Positions 8,438 through 15,991 of a stretch of 18,564 nt of DNA are shown piece after piece. Each line of letters begins with the position of its first letter. Position 1 is the stretch's first letter. The notes below the pieces were generated by a model, which made no database searches, was not told the origin of the DNA, and saw nothing but the letters and a program-made list of their open reading frames with translations. The position numbers were made by a program, and so were the translations under genes. The stretch is from Fusobacteriota bacterium (GTDB taxonomy: Bacteria > Fusobacteriota > Fusobacteriia > Fusobacteriales > JBNJFI01): contig JBNJFI010000038.1 of NCBI GenBank assembly GCA_051746725.1, positions 1-18,564 of the forward strand, given 5' to 3'.

Positions 8438-8550
8438 CGTTATACAAAATAAAATTAGGTTGAATCTGTTAATAACTTTGTGAATAACCTAAAATTTTAT
8501 TATTCAGGTTTTGCAACCACCTATATTATTTAAAAATTATATTAATAAAA

Positions 8551-10776
8551 TTACTTGTTTACTGTTTTAATTTTTTTATATGTCTTTTCTGCCTTTTTTG
8601 CCATAACTTCAATAGAATTATTTTCAGCTGTTTTCCTTGAATTTTCTGACATTTCCTTTAATAACTTCTCGTTTTTTATTAATTTGATTACTTTTTCAGA
8701 CCAGATTTCTATATCTTCTTTAGTTTTAAATCCATTATAGCCATTTTCAATCACATCATCTATTCCACTTGATCTAACTGCTACCACAGGAGTATTCCCA
8801 GCCATAGCCTCTAATAAAACCATTCCCTGGGTTTCTGAAGTTGAAGTAAATATAAAAAGATCTGACATTATATAAAACTTAGTTATTTCGTTATTATCAA
8901 CTTTCCCTAAAAATTCAACCCTTTTTTGCAATCCATTTTCCATTACAAATTTTTCTAAATTCTCTTTTTCAGAGCCATCTCCAGCAATTATACATTTATA
9001 ATTATATCCTTTTTTCTTAATCTCTTTTAAAGCTTTCAACATAAAATATAAATTTTTCTCTTTTGATAATCTAGATACTGTAAATAATACAATCTCTCCA
9101 TCTTCTTCATATTTATCTGATAATTTCTTTATATCCTCTTTTTTAATACTATCATATGACGATAAATCAATTCCTGTGGGTAAAACTTCAACATAACTAC
9201 TTACACCTATATTTCGAAGATATTCCCTGGCTGTATCAGTTGGAGCAAAAACCGCATTACATTTATTTGAGAATCTTTTTATCATAGAATGTGATATTCT
9301 ATTTTTAAAAAATTTTCTCAACATTAAAATATTAGGAATATAATGTGCATATCTCTCTAATCTAGTATGATATGTCAATACTGCTGGGATTTCTTTATTT
9401 CTAGCAAGTTTTAGCCCTTTTTTGCCTAACCAAAATGGATGGTGTATATGAACGATATCTATATCTAATTTATTAAATTCTTTTTTAATTTTTTTTGAAA
9501 ATATATTTACTATTGGTAATTTAAATCCCTCATTTTCATAATTATATAAAGATTTACATCTTATAATAAATTCATCACCCTCTGTCTGGTCTGGATACTC
9601 AGGAGCAAATATATATACAGTATGACCTAGATCTCTAAGCCCTTGAGAAAGTCGTTTTATTGAAATCGGTACTCCACCTATAAATGGAAAATAATTATTT
9701 GTAAACATAGCAATATTAAGCTTTTTATTTTCCAATTCTGCTGAGGAAACATCAAATTTTCTATAATAATTTACTTCTTTATTAATTTCAATATAAATTA
9801 CAAAAGAAATTACAATTATTATAAGTAAAACTATTAAAATATTCAGATAGTTCGTATACAAAAAAGATTGCAAGACTATCCATCCACTTTCCAATATTTT
9901 GGCAAATTTTGGATTTAATATCATAAATTCAGGATTTATTTTTCTCAATTCATAATTAATATTTTTTCCATCTATTTTTACTTCTAGATAATGATAAAAA
10001 CTTTTATCATTATCCATTATGAGCCCTCCTCCTGCCCCACCTGAAATATAGTAATCAACACCTTTTATTCTCTGTTTTTCAAAAATTTCTAAATTAGAAG
10101 AAAAAACGGCATCAACATTATATTTAGAAAATACTTCTTGGTAATATTCTCGCAGGTTATTTGTATTTATATATTTGTTAGATTCATCTTTAATTAGGTA
10201 ATTAACTTCCATTTTTACAGGAGGGCTATTCATTATTATAAATCTATGATCATAACCTCTTGATATTTCTAATTCTTTTTCTAACCACTCTTTTATCCAA
10301 GTTTGGTATGTATATCCTGTAGTATCCAAAAATATAAAATAAGAATTATTCAGATCAAATGAATAATAAAATGGCCCAAAGTATTTATAATAGTTACGAT
10401 ACCCTTCATTCTCTATTTCATTTTTCCCTACTCCTGTTATAAAAGGGGTTTTCATTCGCTCAAGAGTTCTATATAAAACCCTATATTTTCCTTCTCCACT
10501 ATCTGAAACATTATTTCCTGTAGAAATAATAAAATCTGTACCTTTATCTTTGATATCGGCTAATATTTTTTTATCAAAAATAGTTATGGAATTTTTTATA
10601 TTCCCAACTACAGCAAATCTGTAATTATCGTTTTGAACTTTTTCTTCTACTTTTTTTATGTTTTTCATGTTTAGTGCTTTAAAGTCTTCTATAGTAAAAG
10701 GAGCATATATTTTATAAGAAAAAATTAAGATTATTATTAAAATAATCCCTGAAAATATTTTATTTTTGTTTTTCAT
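8551..10776 (-). CDS. Fusion protein: signal anchor + degenerate calcineurin-like metallophosphoesterase domain + TM helix + GT4 glycosyltransferase (diacylglycerol alpha-glucosyltransferase-like)
   Basis: aa 7-25 are hydrophobic. aa ~50-280 have a phosphoesterase-fold pattern (FAVVGNIKN, ISTGNNVSD, GVGKNE, FIFLDT, WLEKEL, NSPP, VFSSNLE, SGGAGG). aa ~310-329 form a TM. aa ~352-741 are GT4 (IAMFTNNYFPFIGGV, DIVHIHHPF, LTYHT, VSRLSKEKN, EX7E motif ETQGMVLLE). Confidence 0.88.
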   Translation of the reverse strand: MKNKNKIFSGIILIIILIFSYKIYAPFTIEDFKALNMKNIKKVEEKVQNDNYRFAVVGNIKNSITIFDKKILADIKDKGTDFIISTGNNVSDSGEGKYRVLYRTLERMKTPFITGVGKNEIENEGYRNYYKYFGPFYYSFDLNNSYFIFLDTTGYTYQTWIKEWLEKELEISRGYDHRFIIMNSPPVKMEVNYLIKDESNKYINTNNLREYYQEVFSKYNVDAVFSSNLEIFEKQRIKGVDYYISGGAGGGLIMDNDKSFYHYLEVKIDGKNINYELRKINPEFMILNPKFAKILESGWIVLQSFLYTNYLNILIVLLIIIVISFVIYIEINKEVNYYRKFDVSSAELENKKLNIAMFTNNYFPFIGGVPISIKRLSQGLRDLGHTVYIFAPEYPDQTEGDEFIIRCKSLYNYENEGFKLPIVNIFSKKIKKEFNKLDIDIVHIHHPFWLGKKGLKLARNKEIPAVLTYHTRLERYAHYIPNILMLRKFFKNRISHSMIKRFSNKCNAVFAPTDTAREYLRNIGVSSYVEVLPTGIDLSSYDSIKKEDIKKLSDKYEEDGEIVLFTVSRLSKEKNLYFMLKALKEIKKKGYNYKCIIAGDGSEKENLEKFVMENGLQKRVEFLGKVDNNEITKFYIMSDLFIFTSTSETQGMVLLEAMAGNTPVVAVRSSGIDDVIENGYNGFKTKEDIEIWSEKVIKLIKNEKLLKEMSENSRKTAENNSIEVMAKKAEKTYKKIKTVNK

Positions 10777-11854
10777 TGATTTTCATTCCTTTCTTCAATA
10801 TTACAAATAATAATACCATTCCTATTAACATTCCAATATATTTAGTAAAAAACCTCCACGTAAAAATCAATGGTATTATATCTGATTTATTAACAAATTT
10901 TGAAAATAAAATGGAATAGCTTCCTTCGGCAACTCCTGTAGCTCCTGGTGTCGGTGCAAAATACATGAAAAAGATTATTACTATTTGAATTGATATTATT
11001 GATATTAAAGGAACATTATATCCCAATCCTCTTATTAATAATATGGAAAATGAAAACTGTGAAAATAAAAAAAATAATGTAAATATAATTGATTTAAAAA
11101 TATTTTCTTTATCTCCTTTAAAAAATATTTTCAAACTATCACGAAAAATATTAATATGATCAAAAATCTTTTTTATTTTTCTTTTCGCTTTTCTTTTTTT
11201 TATTATATTCTTGTTTTTTAAATAAGATATAAAAATATATATTCCTTTCTTTATAAGCCTTACCTTAAATATTGCAATATAAAAAAACAGAATATAAACA
11301 AGTGTTATTAATATAATATAAAAGATTATAGAACTCTTAGAAAAAATTTCTCCTACACTCTCATTTGTAATTATAATTATTGGAGTCATTATAAAGAAAA
11401 AGGCTGTTGCTAAAACAGTCCTTATAGTAGTAGCTGCAGTGGCATTTCCCAGGGATACTCCTTTTTTGTTTAAATAATATATTTGAGCAACTCCGCCTCC
11501 AGTTGCAAAGGGAGTAATATTTGAAACAAATAGATTTATAAAAACTAATTTAAATATACTTTTATATTTTATATCTGTTTCTAATGATTTTAATACATAA
11601 TATAATCTAAGTCCATCAAAAACAAAATAAATCACTAAAAGTATTGGAAGAGCAATCAAATAATTGTTTGATAACCTCTTAAAAATTTCAAAAGTAAATT
11701 TTTCTCCTATTCGAGTATATATATAATAAAATGATACTGCCGAAATTATAATAAAAAATAATAAATATAATAAATAATGCCATAATTTATTATCAAACCT
11801 TTTTATATTTTCTGAAGATTCTCTTTCTAATTTATTTGCATTCTTTTTTTTCAT
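10760..11854 (-). CDS. Flippase-like integral membrane protein (lysylphosphatidylglycerol synthase TM domain / UPF0104 family)
   Basis: Many TM segments with family motifs SNITPFATGG, PTPGATGVAEG and WRFFT. GGAGG (11860-11864) lies 5 nt before ATG 11854, favouring that start over 11866. Overlaps the downstream glycosyltransferase start by 17 nt. Confidence 0.85.
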   Translation of the reverse strand: MKKKNANKLERESSENIKRFDNKLWHYLLYLLFFIIISAVSFYYIYTRIGEKFTFEIFKRLSNNYLIALPILLVIYFVFDGLRLYYVLKSLETDIKYKSIFKLVFINLFVSNITPFATGGGVAQIYYLNKKGVSLGNATAATTIRTVLATAFFFIMTPIIIITNESVGEIFSKSSIIFYIILITLVYILFFYIAIFKVRLIKKGIYIFISYLKNKNIIKKRKAKRKIKKIFDHINIFRDSLKIFFKGDKENIFKSIIFTLFFLFSQFSFSILLIRGLGYNVPLISIISIQIVIIFFMYFAPTPGATGVAEGSYSILFSKFVNKSDIIPLIFTWRFFTKYIGMLIGMVLLFVILKKGMKINEKQK

Positions 11855-11883
11855 CTTATCCTCCATAAATCAATACTAATCTT

Positions 11884-11923
11884 AAAATAAAAAAATCCGA
11901 TAATTACCGGATTTTTTTATTTT
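11884..11923. terminator. Intrinsic terminator after zupT
   Basis: 16-bp perfect inverted repeat aaaataaaaaaatccg (11884-11899) / cggatttttttatttt (11908-11923) adjoining the zupT stop. Confidence 0.8.
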
Positions 11924-12741
11924 TAACTCATTAATAACAAACTTATCGCCATAACTGCCATACCAAGAATAACTCCTCCTATGGCAACATGATGTTCTCC
12001 ATACTCTTCTGCTGCCGGCAATAACTCGTCTAACGATATATATACCATAATCCCTGCAACTGATGCAAATATGACCCCAAATGTGGCATCTGTAAGAAAA
12101 TTTCTTAAGATAAAGTAACCTAATAATGCTCCTATTGGTTCTGCTAATCCCGATGCAGCCGATAACCAAAAGGCCTTTTTCTTACTTTTAGTCGAATAAT
12201 ATATTGGAATTGAAACAGCTATTCCCTCTGGGATATTATGAATCGCAATTGCTATGGCTATACTTACTCCTATAGTTGGTTCTTTCATTGCTGCCATAAA
12301 GGTAGCTAACCCTTCTGGAAAGTTATGGATTGCAATTGCTAAAGCTGAAAATAATCCCATTCTTAATAATTTAGGATCCCCTTTAGGTTTGTCACTCTCA
12401 TGGCAACTGTCTAGTTCACAGTTAGATATTTCATGAGGGTTTTCATACGATGGAATCATTTCATCAATTATACCTATTATTGCTATTCCTGCAAAAAAGG
12501 CTATAACCGTATATACATATCCTTTTTTGGGTCCATAATATTCTCCTAATGATTCTCTAGCCTTAACGAATATTTCAACCATAGAAACATAAATCATTAC
12601 TCCTGCAGAGAATCCAAGTGATCCAGCTAAAACTTTGGGATTAAACTTTTTTGAAAAAAGAGTCATTAAACTTCCAATCCCTGTAGCTAATCCTGCAAAT
12701 AAAGTTAATCCAAGTGCAAATAAAACACTACCGCCTTCCAT
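11923..12741 (-). CDS. zupT: ZIP-family zinc/divalent metal transporter ZupT
   Basis: LTLFAGLATGIG, LGFSAGVMIYVS, tandem metal motifs HNFPEG and HNIPEG, SGLAEP, ISLDELLP; AGGAGGGG RBS. Confidence 0.95.
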   Translation of the reverse strand: MEGGSVLFALGLTLFAGLATGIGSLMTLFSKKFNPKVLAGSLGFSAGVMIYVSMVEIFVKARESLGEYYGPKKGYVYTVIAFFAGIAIIGIIDEMIPSYENPHEISNCELDSCHESDKPKGDPKLLRMGLFSALAIAIHNFPEGLATFMAAMKEPTIGVSIAIAIAIHNIPEGIAVSIPIYYSTKSKKKAFWLSAASGLAEPIGALLGYFILRNFLTDATFGVIFASVAGIMVYISLDELLPAAEEYGEHHVAIGGVILGMAVMAISLLLMS

Positions 12742-12780
12742 TTTACCCCTCCTATTTTTTATGTGTAATTATTTATATTT

Positions 12781-12789
12781 ATTATAACA
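12781..12789 (-). promoter_or_regulatory. Extended -10 promoter element for zupT
   Basis: Minus strand reads TGTTATAAT (TGn-TATAAT) about 40 nt upstream of the zupT start; no good -35. Confidence 0.55.
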
Positions 12790-12841
12790 TAATTTTTTTT
12801 ATAAATACAGATTATTTTTGAATATCCAAAAAATAAGTATA

Positions 12842-12896
12842 TATTACATATTAATTACTTAATTTTTACGTCAAATTTACTTTGATCCTGTATAAT
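12842..12896 (+). promoter_or_regulatory. Four 11-bp-period direct repeats (Pho-box-like, OmpR/PhoB-family site) replacing the -35, followed by TATAAT
   Basis: TTAC at 12844, 12855, 12866 and 12877; TATAAT at 12891-12896; GAGGAGG RBS at 12912-12918. Confidence 0.6.
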
Positions 12897-12924
12897 TTAA
12901 TTATATTCTACGAGGAGGTTTATA

Positions 12925-14688
12925 ATGAATAATATTTGGAAAGAAAGAATAAAAGCCTTTGATTTTGCATTTCAACCTATTGTAAATACATATAGTGGGG
13001 TTACCTACGGGTATGAAGCCTTACTTAGAAATTGGAAAGAATTGGGGTTTAATTCTATAGATAATGTTTTTAATACTGCATATAATGAAAAAATATTATA
13101 CCAGTTAGATTTAGCACTGCGAAAAAAGGCTATGATAAAATTTATGAAGATCAAAAAAGGGAAAAAGTTAAAATTATTTTATAACTTAGATAACAGGGTT
13201 TTAGAAATGCCTGATTATTCCGTTGGAAACACATCTGATATTTTAGATGAATTAGGACTTTCTAGTAATTGCATCTTTTTTGAGATATCAGAAAAACATA
13301 AATTTGATTCGTTTTTATCAATAAAAAATACTTTTAATATCTATAAGCAACAAAATTATAATATTGCCATAGATGATTTTGGTACTGGTTTTTCTGGTTT
13401 GGAACTTTTATACCATACTGAACCAGCTTTAATAAAAATCGATCGTTTTTTCATTGAATTTATACAAGATGATTTAAAGAAAAAAACTTATATATCAAAT
13501 ATAATTAAAATGGCTCATAGTTTAGGTATTAAAATAATAGCTGAGGGAGTAGAAACAAAAGAAGAGTTTTATGCATGTAAAAATATCGGTTGCGATCTAA
13601 TACAAGGATATTATGTACAAAGACCACAATTAGATATTTCAAAGTTAAAATTTAGCTATGAAAAGATAAAGACTTTAAACAAAAAAGATAGAAGAAAACC
13701 TAAAATAGATATCTCTCTTATAAAAAACAGTCTAAAATATATTCCTACTATTAATATTAATTCTCCTATTAAGGACGTTTTAGATCTTTTCAAAAAAGAG
13801 AGTAAAGAACATTTTTTCCCAGTTTTAAATGATTATAATGAACCCATGGGAATAATTAGAGAAAATGAAATTAAAAAATATGTATATTCTCCCTATGGTA
13901 CAGAAATTTTATTAAACAAAATGAAAGGGGAAACTTTAAAAAAAATATTAAAAAAAGCTTCCGTTGCAGAAATAAGTATGAAAATTGAAAGACTTCTAAA
14001 TCTTTTCTCCATAAACGATGAAGATGACGGTATTATCATTACCGAAAATGGAAAATATAAAGGATTTCTTTCAGCTACCTCATTACTAAAAATAATTAAT
14101 CAAAAAAACATTGAAAAAGCTCAGGATCAAAACCCATTAACTAAATTACCTGGAAATAACCTTATCAAATCATTTATTGAAGAAGCAATTTCCGACCTAA
14201 ATACCAGTTGCTTATTAATCTATTTCGATTTTGATAATTTTAAACCTTTTAATGATAATTTTGGATTCAGACAAGGTGACAGAGCCATTATCTTATTTAG
14301 TGAATTGTTAAAAAAATATTTCACTAAATCTAATGAATTTATCGGGCACATTGGTGGTGATGATTTTTTCCTTGGCATTAATATCGAATCTTATACTTTA
14401 GAAGATTATTATGCACTACTACAAAAAATAATTAGTAATTTTGAAGAAAAAATCAGACATTTTTATTCAAAAAAAGATTTAAAAAGAGGTTATATCATTT
14501 CTGAAAATAGAGTTGGAAAAAAAATGAAATTCCCAATATTATCTCTTAGTATAAGCTTACTCTTCATCCCTAGAAAAAACTTTAAAATTAATATTGAAGA
14601 TGTTAGTTCTATTATGTTTCAATTAAAGAAAAATTCCAAAAAATCTCCAGATAAAATTTCCTCTGCTTCTCTTATGAGAAATCTATAG
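12925..14688 (+). CDS. c-di-GMP turnover protein with EAL-CBS-GGDEF architecture (RapA-like phosphodiesterase)
   Basis: Intact EAL motifs FQPIV, YEALLR, FEISE, DDFGTG, KIDR, EGVE and QGY; central CBS-like pair (FPVLN..PMGII, IIITENGKYKG); GGDEF domain NPLTKLPGN, DFDNFKPFND with variant active-site loop GGDDF. Confidence 0.92.
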   Translation: MNNIWKERIKAFDFAFQPIVNTYSGVTYGYEALLRNWKELGFNSIDNVFNTAYNEKILYQLDLALRKKAMIKFMKIKKGKKLKLFYNLDNRVLEMPDYSVGNTSDILDELGLSSNCIFFEISEKHKFDSFLSIKNTFNIYKQQNYNIAIDDFGTGFSGLELLYHTEPALIKIDRFFIEFIQDDLKKKTYISNIIKMAHSLGIKIIAEGVETKEEFYACKNIGCDLIQGYYVQRPQLDISKLKFSYEKIKTLNKKDRRKPKIDISLIKNSLKYIPTININSPIKDVLDLFKKESKEHFFPVLNDYNEPMGIIRENEIKKYVYSPYGTEILLNKMKGETLKKILKKASVAEISMKIERLLNLFSINDEDDGIIITENGKYKGFLSATSLLKIINQKNIEKAQDQNPLTKLPGNNLIKSFIEEAISDLNTSCLLIYFDFDNFKPFNDNFGFRQGDRAIILFSELLKKYFTKSNEFIGHIGGDDFFLGINIESYTLEDYYALLQKIISNFEEKIRHFYSKKDLKRGYIISENRVGKKMKFPILSLSISLLFIPRKNFKINIEDVSSIMFQLKKNSKKSPDKISSASLMRNL

Positions 14689-14689
14689 A

Positions 14690-14720
14690 CAAAAAAGGAT
14701 AAGAATTTTATCCTTTTTTG
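14690..14720. terminator. Bidirectional terminator between the convergent EAL-GGDEF and PHP genes
   Basis: 13-bp perfect stem caaaaaaggataa (14690-14702) / ttatccttttttg (14708-14720) with a 5-nt loop; the right arm overlaps the last codons of the PHP gene. Confidence 0.85.
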
Positions 14721-15595
14721 CCCAAATATTCTAGAAAAATTTCAGCCCTTTTTTGATTGTCACCATTAATATATTCCTCTAGATTTAAAATTTCTTTTAT
14801 TCTTTTTAGATTCAAATTTATTTTAACCTTTTTTGCTACAAGTTCTGTATTCTCTATTGCCTTTTTTGGAATTATAACACTTTTTACCATCTCATCTTCA
14901 GATTTAAAATGATAATCTCCTTTTAAAGTATTATTGCCATTTTTCAACCTAACTTCATTACATCTTCCATAATCTTTTTTATCTACATAAAAACTCCCAC
15001 CACTTGTAATTATGGAAATATCAAGGTCTTTTTTTAATGTTGATAGACCCTGTGCTGCTAACATATTTTCCTTTTTTCCATTGTCCTGAATCTCTAAAAA
15101 TAGATCTTCTTTTTGAAATATATCTAAAAAATAATTCGTAATCCCCTTTGCTCCTTTTATATCATCTTTCAATATCATTTTATCAATTGGACCACCTAAT
15201 CCTCCTGTAAATAAAATTAAGTCATCACTATACCTTTTCAAAAGTTCTTTGTCGATTCTAGGCTTTAAATAAAAACCCTCCTTATAAGATAATATTACAA
15301 GTTTTGCTATATTTTTTAATCCGTTATTATTTTTTGCTATTAAAACTATATGATTTTTACTGGTTTCTTCTTCTGTTCTTTTCAAAAAAGTATAATAAAA
15401 ACCGCAACCTATCACTGGTTTTATATCGTTTTCCATACAATTTTTATAAAATTCTAAAGCTCCAGATATATTTCCACTATCTGCTATACCTAAATAATCC
15501 ATTTTATAATTCGAAGCTTTATTAATTAAAGTTTTTATTTTACTTATCCCCTTATTTTCTGTATATTTGGTGTGTACATGTAAATCGCAATACAT
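14708..15595 (-). CDS. Stand-alone PHP-domain protein similar to the N-terminus of DNA polymerase III alpha (DnaE), with most metal ligands substituted
   Basis: DLHVHTKY, KPVIGC, HIVLIAKNNNGLKNI, EGFYLKPRIDKELL, FLEIQ, FKSEDEM and AIENT match the DnaE PHP pattern; no polymerase domain follows; AAGGAGG RBS. Confidence 0.82.
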   Translation of the reverse strand: MYCDLHVHTKYTENKGISKIKTLINKASNYKMDYLGIADSGNISGALEFYKNCMENDIKPVIGCGFYYTFLKRTEEETSKNHIVLIAKNNNGLKNIAKLVILSYKEGFYLKPRIDKELLKRYSDDLILFTGGLGGPIDKMILKDDIKGAKGITNYFLDIFQKEDLFLEIQDNGKKENMLAAQGLSTLKKDLDISIITSGGSFYVDKKDYGRCNEVRLKNGNNTLKGDYHFKSEDEMVKSVIIPKKAIENTELVAKKVKINLNLKRIKEILNLEEYINGDNQKRAEIFLEYLGKKG

Positions 15596-15613
15596 AAGAC
15601 CTCCTTATAAAAC

Positions 15614-15991
15614 CTAAGATATATTTGCCATAAATTTATCAGCATTAACGATGTATCTAATGTGCTCTCCATCTCCTATTTTTTCATTTTCATCATAGAC
15701 TTCTACTTCAAAAAAGACTTTATTACCATCTACTTTTTTGATAATACACTTTGATCTGACTTTCGCTCCTTCTAAAGTAGCTTTTAAATGCCTGATATCG
15801 ACTTTTATTCCAACTGATGTATCTCCATCTTCTAATTTAGTATTAAGACATCTTTCACAAGTTTTTTCGATAAAAGCTATCATCGAAGGAGTTGAGTATA
15901 CTTTTAAACCTCCAGAGCCAATTCTATCTGCTAATTCATCTCTAGTCACAATTTTTTCCATTTCATTTGTCATTCCAATTTCTAAATTCAT
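15614..15991 (-). CDS. Hotdog-fold thioesterase, fluoroacetyl-CoA thioesterase (FlK)-like
   Basis: GSG..VYSTPSMIAFIE (Thr, Glu), SVG..VDIRHLKAT (His) and IGDGEHIRYIV (Arg); ATGA overlap with the thiP stop at 15988-15991. Confidence 0.87.
   Translation of the reverse strand: MNLEIGMTNEMEKIVTRDELADRIGSGGLKVYSTPSMIAFIEKTCERCLNTKLEDGDTSVGIKVDIRHLKATLEGAKVRSKCIIKKVDGNKVFFEVEVYDENEKIGDGEHIRYIVNADKFMANIS

Larger units (their letters stand above)
8262..8521. mobile_element. Putative MITE-like non-autonomous element (~260 bp) with imperfect terminal inverted repeats and TA flanks
   Basis: Left TA|GCTAGTTGCAAAA (8260-8274). Right TTTTGCAACCACC|TA (8509-8523), reverse complement TA|GGTGGTTGCAAAA. 11 of 13 TIR positions match. 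No transposase; contains a REP-like doublet. Confidence 0.55.

Noticed and set aside
8267..8452. 61-aa ORF inside the MITE-like element
   Set aside because: TTG start within the terminal repeat, no RBS, runs through both REP hairpins and has no recognisable motif.
8254..8550. Replication origin or CRISPR array in the ponA-GT intergenic region
   Set aside because: Only two DnaA-box-like sites and no origin-associated genes; the GC-rich repeats are two inverted copies rather than direct repeats with spacers, and no cas genes are present.
12760..12780. Possible Zur box upstream of zupT
   Set aside because: Only about 13 of 20 positions match the Firmicutes-type AAATCGTAATNATTACGATTT, dyad symmetry is poor, and the background is very AT-rich.
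12812..12836. Imperfect inverted repeat ttatttttg...caaaaaataa in the zupT/EAL intergenic region
   Set aside because: Almost entirely A/T with an indel; not distinguishable from chance at this composition.
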